NCBI GenBank assembly: GCA_019314155.1
Contig: JAFCZV010000008.1
Location: 1-45,646, forward strand
DNA from: Deltaproteobacteria bacterium
Lineage (GTDB): Bacteria > Desulfobacterota > Desulfobacteria > Desulfobacterales > UBA11574
Length of the DNA stretch: 45,646 nucleotides
Reading direction: 5' to 3'
Part shown: piece after piece, positions 1-9,912 of the stretch
Numbering within the stretch: position 1 is the first letter of the stretch
Layout of the letters: every line of letters begins with the position of its first letter
The notes under the pieces: generated by a model
The model's database searches: none
What the model saw: only the letters and a program-made list of their open reading frames with translations
Told to the model about the DNA's origin: nothing
Position numbers and translations under genes: made by a program

Positions 1-72
1 TTTGAGGATGTGAAGGAATGTTATAAGGATTAAAAAAACAGGCATGATCTATCTAAATTAAAGGAGAAAGCA

Positions 73-1323
73 ATGGCTGAAGATTTAAAGAAAATGTATC
101 GAACAATAATGGATGACCATTTTCCTCCAAAGATGGAGATCAGTTTTGTGGACCAGGATAAAAGACAGACGCTTTTTTATGAAAAAGTATCATGGACCAT
201 CGATAACATCCAAAAAGGGTTGAGATATGGCGAAAATCCGGGCCAGGAAGCGGCGCTTTTCAAACTGGTAAACGGAAATCTGGTCCTTGGGGAAACCGAA
301 TCTATTCAGCCGGGCCAGTATCTGGCTTCAGATATCGAGCTGCTACAGTCTGGAAAGCACCCTGGAAAAACCAACCTGACCGATGCCGACAACTCATTAA
401 ATATTTTGAGATATTTTCCAGACAAACCCACTGTCGTCATCGTGAAGCACAACAATCCCTGTGGCGTTGCCAGATCTGATACCTTAGAAGACGCGTATCA
501 AAAGGCGAACATGGCAGACAGAATTGCGGCATTTGGAGGGTGTATCGCAGTCAACCGGGCTGTTGACCGGGCAACGGCTGAGGCCATTATCCAACAATAT
601 GCCGAAGTGGTGGTTGCGCCTGATTTTGAAGAAGGTGTAATGGGAGTTTTTTCAAAGAAGAAAAACCTCAGGGTGATCAGTATCGGCAATATCGAACGGC
701 TGCAGGCTTTTGTGGGTCAACGATGTGTGGAGTTTAAAAGCCTGATTGACGGTGGAATTATCGCCCAGTGGTCTTTTGTTCCCGAAGCCCGCACCCGGGC
801 GGATCTAAAACTTGCAGAATGCGAGTATAAGGGCAAGCACTTCCGGATCCAGCGGGAACCCACCGATGAGGAATACAACGACATGCTCTTTGGGTGGCTT
901 GTGGAATCCGGGATTACATCCAATTCAGTTATTTATGTTAAAGATCAAGTCACCGTCGGCATTGGCACAGGTGAGCAGGACCGGGTCGGTGTTGCAGAGA
1001 TTGCCAGAGACAAAGCCTATCGGAAGCTGGCGGATCGTTACTGCTTCGAAATGTCTGGCATGCCTTATAACGATCTGCAAGACGACGATAAAAAAGCGGA
1101 GATTGATGATAAGGTGGCTGCTGAAAAAGGCGGGCTAATCGGCGCGGCCATGGTCAGCGATGCCTTTTTCCCTTTCAGAGACGGTGTCGATGTCGGATTG
1201 AAAGAAGGGATTACATCGGTAATCCATGCCGGGGGATCGGAAAACGATTACCAGTCCATCGAAGCCTGCAATGAGGTCGGCGCGACAATGGTCTATACCG
1301 GACAGAGGAGTTTCAAACATTAG
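73..1323 (+). CDS. purH: AICAR transformylase-domain protein (PurH-like, lacking the N-terminal MGS/IMP cyclohydrolase domain)
   Basis: 416-aa ORF with PurH AICARFT-type motifs in the translation (GENPGQ, VKHNNPCGVA, IGTGEQDRV, SDAFFPFRDG). AAGGAG RBS just upstream of the ATG. Confidence 0.85.
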   Translation: MAEDLKKMYRTIMDDHFPPKMEISFVDQDKRQTLFYEKVSWTIDNIQKGLRYGENPGQEAALFKLVNGNLVLGETESIQPGQYLASDIELLQSGKHPGKTNLTDADNSLNILRYFPDKPTVVIVKHNNPCGVARSDTLEDAYQKANMADRIAAFGGCIAVNRAVDRATAEAIIQQYAEVVVAPDFEEGVMGVFSKKKNLRVISIGNIERLQAFVGQRCVEFKSLIDGGIIAQWSFVPEARTRADLKLAECEYKGKHFRIQREPTDEEYNDMLFGWLVESGITSNSVIYVKDQVTVGIGTGEQDRVGVAEIARDKAYRKLADRYCFEMSGMPYNDLQDDDKKAEIDDKVAAEKGGLIGAAMVSDAFFPFRDGVDVGLKEGITSVIHAGGSENDYQSIEACNEVGATMVYTGQRSFKH

Positions 1324-1462
1324 CCCTGATTCGTCCATTTGCTGTGTTATCAGGGATTCGCGGTAGGCATACTACAGCTTCATCCCCGATGCCTGGCAAA
1401 TGAACGAATCAAGCTCTTGAAAAAACCGGGTTCACCCGTATTTCTCATGAAGAATTTTAACA

Positions 1463-1496
1463 GCCCCGCCAACTCCTGTTGGCGGGGCTTCTTTTT
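1463..1496 (+). terminator. Rho-independent terminator after purH
   Basis: GCCCCGCCAAC-tcctg-TTGGCGGGGC stem-loop followed by TTCTTTTT. Confidence 0.6.
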
Positions 1497-1516
1497 GGTG
1501 CGCCCGGACCGACCAA

Positions 1517-1548
1517 CGAAAAAGACAGCGCTTTTGTCGGCGCTGTCT
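1517..1548 (-). terminator. Rho-independent terminator after the threonine aldolase gene
   Basis: On the minus strand: AGACAGCGC-cgacaaaa-GCGCTGTCT followed by TTTTT, about 50 nt 3' of the stop at 1600. Confidence 0.5.
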
Positions 1549-1599
1549 TTGGTTGGGTCGATAACACATAATTTTAGCAATGGCCTTATTCCTTACAAT

Positions 1600-2634
1600 C
1601 TATTTTAAAACTTTTGGAAATACATCTAGAGTATAATTTATATCATCGGAAGTAACATGATAATGGGTGACGGCTCTTAAGCTATCCAGACTGGTGGGAA
1701 GCACCCGGATGCCCTGGTCGCCGAGTTTTTCTGATAGGATCCGCGACGTAATCCCTTTGCGCGTTGCTTGGAAATAAACGATATTGGTCTTCACATCATC
1801 GGGATCAATTGACAGACCTTTGATATCGGCCAAGCCTTCTGCCAATTTCCGGGCGTTTTCATGATCATCTTCCAAACGATCCACCATTTCCGTCAAAGAG
1901 ACGATACCAGCGGCTGCCAGTATTCCCGACTGGCGCATGCCGCCTCCCAACACCTTGCGAACCCGTCGAGCTTTTGAAATAAACGCCCGGCTCCCGGAAA
2001 CTACCGAACCCACCGGCGCAGCCAGCCCTTTGCTCATACAAATATTGACCGAATCTGCTTCGGCAACCAGTTCCCGTGCTTCAACACCCAAAGCGACTGC
2101 GGCATTAAAAAGCCGGGCGCCGTCAACATGTACTTTCAGGCCGTAACGGCGGGCCAACTTTCCCACGGAATGCATGTAAGCAGCATCCAGGGGACTTCCA
2201 TTACATCGGTTATGGGTGTTTTCAAGAACGATCAGCCGTGTTGTCGGAAAGTGAATGTCGTCCGATCGAATAGCCGCTTCTATTTGGTTGAGCGCTATCT
2301 TGCCGTCAGGTTGGTTGGCTACAGTGCGTGGATGTATGCCGCCCAAAGCAGATGAACCTCCCTGCTCATAGAAAAAAAGATGGGATTGATCGCCAAGAAT
2401 TACTTCGTTACCCCGCCCTCATTGCGTCATCTGGCTCACCATGTTTGCCATGGTTCCACTGGGCACAAACAGTGCAGATTCTTTCCCCAGCCTTTTTGCA
2501 ACCATTTCTTCTAATAGATTCACCGTCGGGTCTTCACCGAACACATCGTCTCCGACGCTCGCCTCCGACATAGCCTGTCGCATGAGAGGGGTCGGCTGAG
2601 TGAGTGTATCCGATCGCAGATCTACAATACGCAT
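1600..2634 (-). pseudogene. ltaE: Low-specificity L-threonine aldolase interrupted by a single in-frame TGA (2419..2421). Either a nonsense pseudogene or a recoded gene.
   Basis: ORFs 2419..2634 ([14 protein letters not shown]...[13 protein letters not shown]) and 1600..2346 are in the same frame. The 24 codons between them read GRGNEVILGDQSHLFFYEQGGSSA, which is normal threonine aldolase sequence. The PLP-lysine motif SKGLAAPVGS is present. Confidence 0.7.
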
Positions 2635-2781
2635 TTGTATCTCCTTAAATATATATGAAAATAATAACGTGAAACATATTTAAAGAAGATTTTCAAGGCA
2701 TATTCTTGAGCATCTTTTAAGGTCAAAGTTAAAAAAACCAGCGTCTGGTTATTTTTTAACCTTTAGGGGTCGTTGAACCAC

Positions 2782-2817
2782 AAAAAAATCCTGCGGCACG
2801 ATAGTGCACGCAGGATT
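2782..2817 (-). terminator. Rho-independent terminator after dnaK
   Basis: Minus strand: AATCCTGCG-loop-CGCAGGATT followed by TTTTTTTG. A second AACCAG/CTGGTT hairpin with T-runs lies at about 2733..2758. Confidence 0.6.
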
Positions 2818-2840
2818 TTAGGGTAAACTGCTCTTAACTG

Positions 2841-4829
2841 TTATTTTTTTTCGTCGTCTTTGACCTCTTCGAAATCGGCATCGACCACGTCTTCGTCAGG
2901 TGCAGATGCTCCAGGCTGCTCCTGACCAGCGGCTTCAGCGCCGGCCTGCTCCTGGGCGTCTGCCTGGGAAGCCTGCTGGTACATGGCCTCAGCCAGTTTG
3001 TGAGACGCCTGTGTCAACTCCTCGCTCAACCGTTTGATCTCTTCGGCGTCCTCTCCTTCCATCGCCTTTTTAAGCGGTTCGATGGTTGTTTCAACCTTGC
3101 TCTTGGTTTCAGCATCAATCTTGTCGCCCAGATCTTTGATCGATTTTTCCGTAGAATAGATCAATGCATCAGCGGAGTTACGGGCTTCGACCAGTTCTCT
3201 TTTCTTTTTGTCATCTTCAGCATGAAGTTCGGCGTCTTTTATGAGTTTGTCGATTTCCTCTTCAGACAATCCGCTGGAGGCCGTTATCTGAATCGACTGT
3301 TCTTTTCCAGTGGCCGTATCTTTTGCAGAAACATTTACGATGCCATTGGCATCTATGTCGAAAGCGACCTCAATTTGCGGCACGCCTCTGGGTGCCGGCG
3401 GTATTCCCACAAGTTCAAAGCGCCCGAGGGTCTTGTTGCCGGGGGCCATTTCCCGTTCGCCTTGGAGCACATGGATGGAAACGGCAGGCTGGCTGTCTGC
3501 CGCCGTTGAAAAAATCTGGCTCTTTTTAGTCGGAATGGTTGTATTCTTTTCGATAAGCCGTGTCATGACCCCGCCCAGAGTTTCGATACCCAGGGAAAGG
3601 GGCTTTTCGATAAGCCGTGTCATGACCCCGCCCAGAGTTTCGATACCCAGGGAAAGGGGAGTTACGTCGAGAAGGAGAACATCTTTGACATCTCCCTTCA
3701 GGACACCGCCCTGGATGGCAGCTCCGACGGCGACGACCTCATCGGGGTTAACACCTTTGTGGGGTTCTTTGCCGAAAATCTTTTTGACGCGTTCCTGAAC
3801 CGCCGGCATGCGTGTCATGCCGCCCACCAGAATAACCTCATTAATCTCGTTGGGTGTCAGGCCAGCATCCTTGAGCGCAGTTCGGCAAGGTTTTTCCAGG
3901 TTGTCAAGAAGATCGCTGATAAGTCCTTCAAGTTTGGCTCGTGTAATTTTTATATTAAGATGCTTGGGACCGCTGGCATCGGCCGTTATGAATGGAAGAT
4001 TAACATCCGTTTCCATGGATGTGGAGAGTTCCATCTTTGCCTTTTCAGCAGCTTCTTTGAGCCGCTGCAATGCCATCTTGTCGTTTCTGATGTCGATCCC
4101 CTGGTCTTTTTTAAATTCACTTGCAAGGTAATCGATAAGCCGAAGATCGAAATCTTCACCGCCAAGATGGGTATCGCCGTTGGTGGCCTTGACCTCAAAA
4201 ACCCCTTCGCCGATTTCAAGAATAGATACGTCGAAGGTCCCGCCGCCCAGGTCAAAGACGGTGATTTTTTCTTCTTTTTTCTTGTCGAGACCATATGCCA
4301 AAGACGCGGCTGTGGGTTCATTGATAATCCTGAGTACATTGAGGCCGGCAATCTTTCCGGCGTCTTTCGTCGCTTGTCGCTGGCTGTCATTGAAATAGGC
4401 AGGCACTGTTACAACCGCATCAGTTACTTTCTCGCCGAGATATTCTTCGGCGGTATGTTTAATGTTTGCCAAAATGTACGATGATATTTCCGCCGGGCTG
4501 TTCGGCTTTCCTCTGAGGCTTATACGGACGTCACCATTTTCAGCCTGTTCAATTTTGTAAGGCAGTATGTTTTTATCAGCCTGTACTTCTTTTGAAGCAT
4601 ACTTGCGGCCGACAAGCCGTTTTACCGCAAAGACCGTGTTCTCCGGATTGGTAATGGCCTGCCGTTTTGCGATTTGACCGACCAATCTTTCCCCACTGTC
4701 CGAAACGGCGACGATGGAAGGGGTGGTGCGCCCTCCTTCGGGGTTTGTGATGACCTTTGCTTCGCTACCTTCCATGACTGCCACACAGGAATTTGTGGTG
4801 CCCAAATCAATTCCAATGACTTTACCCAT
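2841..4829 (-). CDS. dnaK: Molecular chaperone DnaK (Hsp70), carrying a 19-aa internal duplication
   Basis: 662-aa [38 protein letters not shown], acidic C-terminal tail. Confidence 0.97.
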   Translation of the reverse strand: MGKVIGIDLGTTNSCVAVMEGSEAKVITNPEGGRTTPSIVAVSDSGERLVGQIAKRQAITNPENTVFAVKRLVGRKYASKEVQADKNILPYKIEQAENGDVRISLRGKPNSPAEISSYILANIKHTAEEYLGEKVTDAVVTVPAYFNDSQRQATKDAGKIAGLNVLRIINEPTAASLAYGLDKKKEEKITVFDLGGGTFDVSILEIGEGVFEVKATNGDTHLGGEDFDLRLIDYLASEFKKDQGIDIRNDKMALQRLKEAAEKAKMELSTSMETDVNLPFITADASGPKHLNIKITRAKLEGLISDLLDNLEKPCRTALKDAGLTPNEINEVILVGGMTRMPAVQERVKKIFGKEPHKGVNPDEVVAVGAAIQGGVLKGDVKDVLLLDVTPLSLGIETLGGVMTRLIEKPLSLGIETLGGVMTRLIEKNTTIPTKKSQIFSTAADSQPAVSIHVLQGEREMAPGNKTLGRFELVGIPPAPRGVPQIEVAFDIDANGIVNVSAKDTATGKEQSIQITASSGLSEEEIDKLIKDAELHAEDDKKKRELVEARNSADALIYSTEKSIKDLGDKIDAETKSKVETTIEPLKKAMEGEDAEEIKRLSEELTQASHKLAEAMYQQASQADAQEQAGAEAAGQEQPGASAPDEDVVDADFEEVKDDEKK
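3546..3659. repeat. Perfect 2 x 57-bp tandem duplication inside dnaK
   Basis: 3546..3602 and 3603..3659 are identical (cttttcgataagccgtgtcatgaccccgcccagagtttcgatacccagggaaagggg). In frame, this gives [19 protein letters not shown] twice. Confidence 0.95.
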
Positions 4830-4877
4830 TTTTTTTCCTCCTAGCTTTTATCGATAGTCTTTTTTCTATGTTTCATT

Positions 4878-5504
4878 TTATTCTTCTTGATCTGTGTCAT
4901 TTTGGTTTTCAGGCGTAGTTTTTGTTTTGGATACAACAACCATGGCAGGCCTAAGGAGCCTGTCATGCATCATATACCCTTTTTGTAACTCCTTAACTAC
5001 AGAGTTTTCGGGATGTGCTGTGGTTTCTTCTTGCATGACCGCCTGATGTAAACTCGGATCAAAGGTTTTTCCCAGGGACCCAAAAGGTTTTACACCAAAT
5101 TGCTCAAAGACTTTGAGTATTTCCCTGAGGGTCATATTGACACCTTCCACCATCGAGCTGTCGGCAAGTTTATCATTGTTTGAGGATTCGATGGCGCGAT
5201 CTAAGTTGTCGACCACCGGGAGCATCGCCTTTACAAAGCTTTCATTGGCAAATTGCCTGAAATCATTCATTTCGCGTGCAGCACGCTTTTTGTAATTTTC
5301 AAACTCGGCGGACGCCCTCAACAAACGATCATAATTCTCTTTGGCCTCCTGTTCCATGGATTCAAGTTTTTCTTCCATCTCTTTGAGAGGGTCAACGGTT
5401 TCTGCTTTATCCTCTTTGTTCGAATCATTCTTTTGATCTATTTTGTCTTCAATAACGGTCTCTTCAGCCTTTGTATGAGCTTTGATTTTCTTGCTTTTTG
5501 CCAT
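4878..5504 (-). CDS. grpE: Nucleotide exchange factor GrpE
   Basis: 208-aa ORF directly upstream of dnaK on the same strand. GrpE-like coiled-coil N-terminus and a C-terminus with FDPSLHQAV...GYMMHDRLLRPAMVVV. Confidence 0.93.
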   Translation of the reverse strand: MAKSKKIKAHTKAEETVIEDKIDQKNDSNKEDKAETVDPLKEMEEKLESMEQEAKENYDRLLRASAEFENYKKRAAREMNDFRQFANESFVKAMLPVVDNLDRAIESSNNDKLADSSMVEGVNMTLREILKVFEQFGVKPFGSLGKTFDPSLHQAVMQEETTAHPENSVVKELQKGYMMHDRLLRPAMVVVSKTKTTPENQNDTDQEE

Positions 5505-5559
5505 CAGCCGTTGTTTTCTCCTAATTTTTTGAATATTTGCCAGCCAGATTTTAAAAAAT

Positions 5560-5595
5560 GCGGATTAAAACCACAACGCGGACTAAAACCACAAC
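5560..5595. repeat. Tandem 18-bp direct repeat in the grpE upstream region
   Basis: gcggattaaaaccacaac / gcggactaaaaccacaac (17/18 identical), 56-91 nt upstream of the grpE start codon. Confidence 0.8.
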
Positions 5596-5754
5596 ATTGC
5601 TAAAAAAATAAGACTGTCTATAATATTGTCAAGCCGGAAATGGGAATTTTAGGTTATGGGATTTAGAGTGCCCAAGAACAGCACAAAAAATGAGAAGGAT
5701 AAAAATTTGGTTGTGCACCCTCTATCGAATCTTTGCTGAAAAATAATAAGCCAA

Positions 5755-5870
5755 AAAATTGACCGGGATCGATCCACGACACAGACTGCATTACTTATCG
5801 CTGCTTCCTTCCGGACCTGACGAGGTTCGTAACCGTCTGTTGCGCGGCGGCCGGTCAGGATGACTTATAG
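5755..5870 (-). ncRNA. ffs: Signal recognition particle RNA (small 4.5S type). Ends are approximate.
   Basis: The minus strand reads ...GACCGGCCGCCGCGCAACAGACGG...CGUCAGGUCCGGAAGGAAGCAGC...CAGUCUGUGUCGUGGAUCGAUCCCGGUC. It contains the conserved domain IV motif GUCAGGUCCGGAAGGAAGCAGC. The 5' GACCGG pairs with the 3' CCGGUC, and a T-run follows. Confidence 0.8.
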
Positions 5871-6312
5871 GCTCCCAGGTTCAAACCCTTTAGAGGGAAT
5901 TCAGCCCCGCATGAAGCGGATTTCGGGAATAGGGCACCGCTAACTCCCCACCTAGCACAACCATGACTATGAATATAATCGATAATAAAAAAATTTCAAG
6001 TTATAAAATCGCGTCGCGTTTTTATAACCATGTGGCTTCGCCGCTCTAAGAATTGAATTCTTAATGATTCCAATACCCCATCATACCCAAATTGGCATCA
6101 CCTAGCATGCGAGATATCGGGTGCTTAAGCACAAGTTCCTGTCGGTTGGAAAGAGATATGCGCCGTCGTGGAGCGTCTGTCTCAATCGGGATTCAAATGC
6201 CTATGCCCTGCCGGTGTTTTTTATTGACAGGGAAGAATCAGCGTATCATAATTAAAGCTCTTGAAATCTATACAATTTTTTCAAAACCCAAGTAATTAAT
6301 AGTCACAGGATC

Positions 6313-7770
6313 ATGCCGGTATTGGACAAAATTTTGAATAAGAAATTATTACGAATTGTCGAGGAGACCGTTACCGTCCACGGAATGCTGAAAGAAAAAG
6401 ATTCCGTTGTCATTGGTGTATCCGGCGGACCTGATTCAGTCGCCCTTCTTCATGTGCTACGTGCACTGACCGAACGTTTTTCCCTTAAACTTGGCATTGC
6501 CCATCTAAATCACTGCCTCCGCCAGAACGATTCAGACAAAGAAGCTGCATTTGTTGAAACCCTTTCAGACCGGTTGGGCCTGCCTTTCCATATTGATAAA
6601 GAGGATGTGCATGAATATAAGATTAAAAACAGGCTTTCACTGGAAGAAGCAGCCCGGCGCGTTCGATACACCTTTTTAAACAGAGTCGCGGAAACAAACC
6701 GATACAATAAAATTGCACTTGGACATCATTCTGACGATAATGCAGAACTTGTTTTGATGAATCTTTTCCGAGGAAGCGGTCCGCTTGGCCTTTCAGGTAT
6801 ACCGCCAGTAAGAGACGGGAAGATTATCCGGCCGTTGATAAAAGCAAGCCGATCCGAAATCATCGATTTTTTAAATCAAAATAGATTGGAATACGTTTCT
6901 GACGCATCCAACAGGGATACGAGATATTTAAGGAACAGAGTGCGCCACAAATTAATTCCGTTGTTAAAAACCGCTTATAATCCGAAGATTTCTGAAACAC
7001 TAAACCAGCTTGCATCGATTATGCTTTCTGAAGAAGAGTGGATTGAAGATGTGATTCACCCGCTTTTTGAAAAAAGCGTGTTAAACGTTCAGGATGATCG
7101 CATCACGTTCTCTGTCTCAATGCTTGATCGATTGCATTCAGCAGCACAACGACGAATATTACGAAAAGCAATCTCAATAATAAAAGGGGATTTACGGCGT
7201 ATTAGTTTTGTCAACATAGATGTTGTGCAACGCCTTTTGGAAAAAGGACCGACTTATGGGAGGCTCGATCTTCCGGATCGCATCAGAATCCGACGAAGCG
7301 GAGACGTTCTATTGATTTCCCGAGAAAAAAGCGCATTACGTAATCTTGATGTGAAATCCGGCTATTCCAAACCGTTTGTTTTTGAATACAAAATAGCAAA
7401 ACCCGAATCTATATTTATAAAAGAAATCGGCGCACATTTGGAATTTACTGAAATGAGCACCGAAACCATGCCCGATTATTGTTGTTTTGGACAATACACC
7501 GGTTTTTTTGATAAAGACACCTTAAGTTTTCCGATGGTTGTAAGGAATTATCGCCCGGGAGACGTTTTTAGGCCAATGGGTATGGACGGAACGCAAAAGT
7601 TGAAAAAATTCTTTATTGATAAAAAAGTCCCGAGAAATGAACGGATAAAATGCCCCATTCTGCTGAGCCGAGAGAAAATAATTTGGGTTGTCGGCCATAG
7701 AGCAGATGAATCTGTTAAAATGACGCCTTCAACCAGAAATGTGCTGAAAGTGGAACTTTTTCTTGCCTAA
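6313..7770 (+). CDS. tilS: tRNA(Ile)-lysidine synthase
   Basis: 485-aa ORF with the PP-loop motif GVSGGPDS. Sits in the typical tilS-ftsH-folP arrangement. Confidence 0.9.
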   Translation: MPVLDKILNKKLLRIVEETVTVHGMLKEKDSVVIGVSGGPDSVALLHVLRALTERFSLKLGIAHLNHCLRQNDSDKEAAFVETLSDRLGLPFHIDKEDVHEYKIKNRLSLEEAARRVRYTFLNRVAETNRYNKIALGHHSDDNAELVLMNLFRGSGPLGLSGIPPVRDGKIIRPLIKASRSEIIDFLNQNRLEYVSDASNRDTRYLRNRVRHKLIPLLKTAYNPKISETLNQLASIMLSEEEWIEDVIHPLFEKSVLNVQDDRITFSVSMLDRLHSAAQRRILRKAISIIKGDLRRISFVNIDVVQRLLEKGPTYGRLDLPDRIRIRRSGDVLLISREKSALRNLDVKSGYSKPFVFEYKIAKPESIFIKEIGAHLEFTEMSTETMPDYCCFGQYTGFFDKDTLSFPMVVRNYRPGDVFRPMGMDGTQKLKKFFIDKKVPRNERIKCPILLSREKIIWVVGHRADESVKMTPSTRNVLKVELFLA

Positions 7771-7829
7771 TGGATAATGATGATTAATATTAACGTATCA
7801 TTAATTATCTTTTAAGGGGGTTAAGTCTT

Positions 7830-9740
7830 TTGAATCCTTTCTATAAAAATCTGGCTTTATGGATAGTCATCACGCTGATGATGGTCATGCTTTATAACCT
7901 TTTCAATCAACAGCAAATGGCAGAAACCAATATCAGCTATACTGAATTTCTTAGTATGGTCGATAATGAGCGCGTTTCTGATGTCGTTATACAGGGGCAA
8001 CAGCTCTTTGTTACGGATGTAAACCACAATCGCTTCAAAATATATGCACCCCAGGACAGCGATCTCATTAATATCCTCCGGAAAAAGGGTGTTTCCATTA
8101 ACGCTAAACCTGAAAGTGACTCCCCATGGTATATGTCAATACTGGTTTCATGGTTCCCGATGATTGTACTTATCGGCGTATGGATATTTTTTATGCGTCA
8201 AATGCAATCCGGAGGCGGGAAAGCTATGTCTTTTGGCAAAAGTCGGGCCCGTTTACAATCTGATAAATCAACAAAGGTCACTTTTGAGGATGTTGCCGGC
8301 ATTGATGAAGCCAAAGAAGAACTCGGAGAAATTATCGAGTTTTTAAGAGAACCTAAAAAATTTACCCGCCTAGGCGGAAGGATACCAAAAGGTGTGCTTC
8401 TGATGGGATCACCCGGAACAGGCAAAACCCTTCTTGCACGTGCCATTGCAGGTGAAGCCGACGTTCCATTCTTTAATATCAGCGGTTCAGATTTCGTAGA
8501 AATGTTTGTGGGTGTTGGGGCATCGCGTGTCAGAGATCTATTTGTCCAGGGAAAAAAGAACGCCCCCTGTATAATTTTCATTGACGAAATCGATGCTGTT
8601 GGAAGGCACAGAGGCGCCGGACTCGGGGGAGGTCATGATGAGAGAGAACAGACGTTAAATCAACTTCTGGTTGAAATGGACGGCTTTGAATCGAATGAGG
8701 GTGTAATCCTTATATCCGCCACGAACCGTCCTGATGTACTTGACCCTGCGCTTTTACGTCCCGGCCGGTTTGATCGTCAGGTGGTTGTGCCCCTGCCGGA
8801 TATTCTCGGCCGTGAAAAAATCCTTAAAGTTCACATGAAAAAAACATCGATTGCACCTGATGTCAATCCTGTTGTACTGGCAAAAGGAACACCCGGGTTC
8901 TCAGGTGCGGATTTGGAGAACCTTGTGAATGAAGCGGCCCTTTTAGCCGCCAAAAGAGACAAAGAAAAAGTTGATATGTCGGACCTGGAAGACGCCAAAG
9001 ATAAAGTTTACATGGGTCTGGAACGAAAGTCTAAGGTCATCAAAGAAGAAGACAGAAAGACCACGGCATATCATGAAGGCGGACATGCCCTTGTCGCCCG
9101 CTTTCTCCCCGGAACAGATGCCGTTAACAAAATAACCATTATTCCCCGGGGGCGGGCCGCCGGAATCACATGGTTTTTGCCGGAAGAGAGCGATTTTAAA
9201 TACAAGGATCAGCTTGAAAACGAATTATCCATTGCTTTTGGCGGACGGGTGGCCGAAGAAATCGTTTTCAAACGCATTAGTACGGGCGCTTCCAACGACA
9301 TTAAACAGGCAACCGATGTTGCACAGAAGATGATACGCAATTGGGGCATGAGTGATGTGTTGAGCCCGCTTTCATATGCCAAAGAGGAAGAGCATATTTT
9401 TCTTGGCCGGGAAATTGCGCAACATAGGGATTATTCTGAGAACACAGCCAGGAAAATTGATGAAGAAATAAGTCGGCTGATCAAAAGAACCTACAATGTC
9501 GCTAAAAACGTTTTAGAAGAAAATTTAGATGTTCTTCACGCTTTAGCCGACCTTCTCCTCGAAAAAGAGACGGTTTTAGGAAAAGAACTCGATGCGCTCA
9601 TACTCTCTATAAAACCGGATTTCAAATTTTCCCCAAATATTATTAAAGACGAAGAAGTGGTTGAAGAGCCCCAAACAGAGGTTGAAACAGATCAAGCAGA
9701 AACCAAGGAAAAAGCCGAAAGCGATCCGGCGGAGTCTTAA
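7830..9740 (+). CDS. ftsH: ATP-dependent zinc metalloprotease FtsH
   Basis: 636-aa ORF (TTG start) with two N-terminal TM segments, Walker A GSPGTGKT, the SRH region, and the HEGGHAL zinc motif. Confidence 0.97.
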   Translation: MNPFYKNLALWIVITLMMVMLYNLFNQQQMAETNISYTEFLSMVDNERVSDVVIQGQQLFVTDVNHNRFKIYAPQDSDLINILRKKGVSINAKPESDSPWYMSILVSWFPMIVLIGVWIFFMRQMQSGGGKAMSFGKSRARLQSDKSTKVTFEDVAGIDEAKEELGEIIEFLREPKKFTRLGGRIPKGVLLMGSPGTGKTLLARAIAGEADVPFFNISGSDFVEMFVGVGASRVRDLFVQGKKNAPCIIFIDEIDAVGRHRGAGLGGGHDEREQTLNQLLVEMDGFESNEGVILISATNRPDVLDPALLRPGRFDRQVVVPLPDILGREKILKVHMKKTSIAPDVNPVVLAKGTPGFSGADLENLVNEAALLAAKRDKEKVDMSDLEDAKDKVYMGLERKSKVIKEEDRKTTAYHEGGHALVARFLPGTDAVNKITIIPRGRAAGITWFLPEESDFKYKDQLENELSIAFGGRVAEEIVFKRISTGASNDIKQATDVAQKMIRNWGMSDVLSPLSYAKEEEHIFLGREIAQHRDYSENTARKIDEEISRLIKRTYNVAKNVLEENLDVLHALADLLLEKETVLGKELDALILSIKPDFKFSPNIIKDEEVVEEPQTEVETDQAETKEKAESDPAES

Positions 9741-9912
9741 CCCCAAGCTTCACACCTGTTTTAATTCATGCATACCTTTTTGACACCCAGCGTTCCTTTA
9801 CCCGGACGCGACTAGACGGAACTCGTCGAAGTCTTATGGGAGCAAACAAAGCTCTCGATTCAACGCGAACCGAAGGATTAGCGATCGAATTAAAAATTGA
9901 CATAATCTTTTT

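Noticed and set aside
3000-4484. Large plus-strand ORFs (169, 162, 241, 107 aa and others) opposite dnaK, and similar antisense ORFs opposite ftsH, nrdJ, pit and the hdrA genes.
   Set aside because: They are shadow ORFs on the opposite strand of strongly supported genes. They have low-complexity or Arg/Ser/Pro-rich translations and no recognisable motifs.
5651-5685. TTAGAGTGCCCAAGAACAGCAC, considered as a CIRCE heat-shock operator.
   Set aside because: Only a 4-bp GTGC/GCAC inverted match exists. The half-sites do not match TTAGCACTC/GAGTGCTAA.
5870-5900. GGTTCAAACCC, a T-loop-like sequence suggesting a tRNA next to the SRP RNA.
   Set aside because: The flanking bases do not form a T-stem or an acceptor stem, and no cloverleaf can be drawn.
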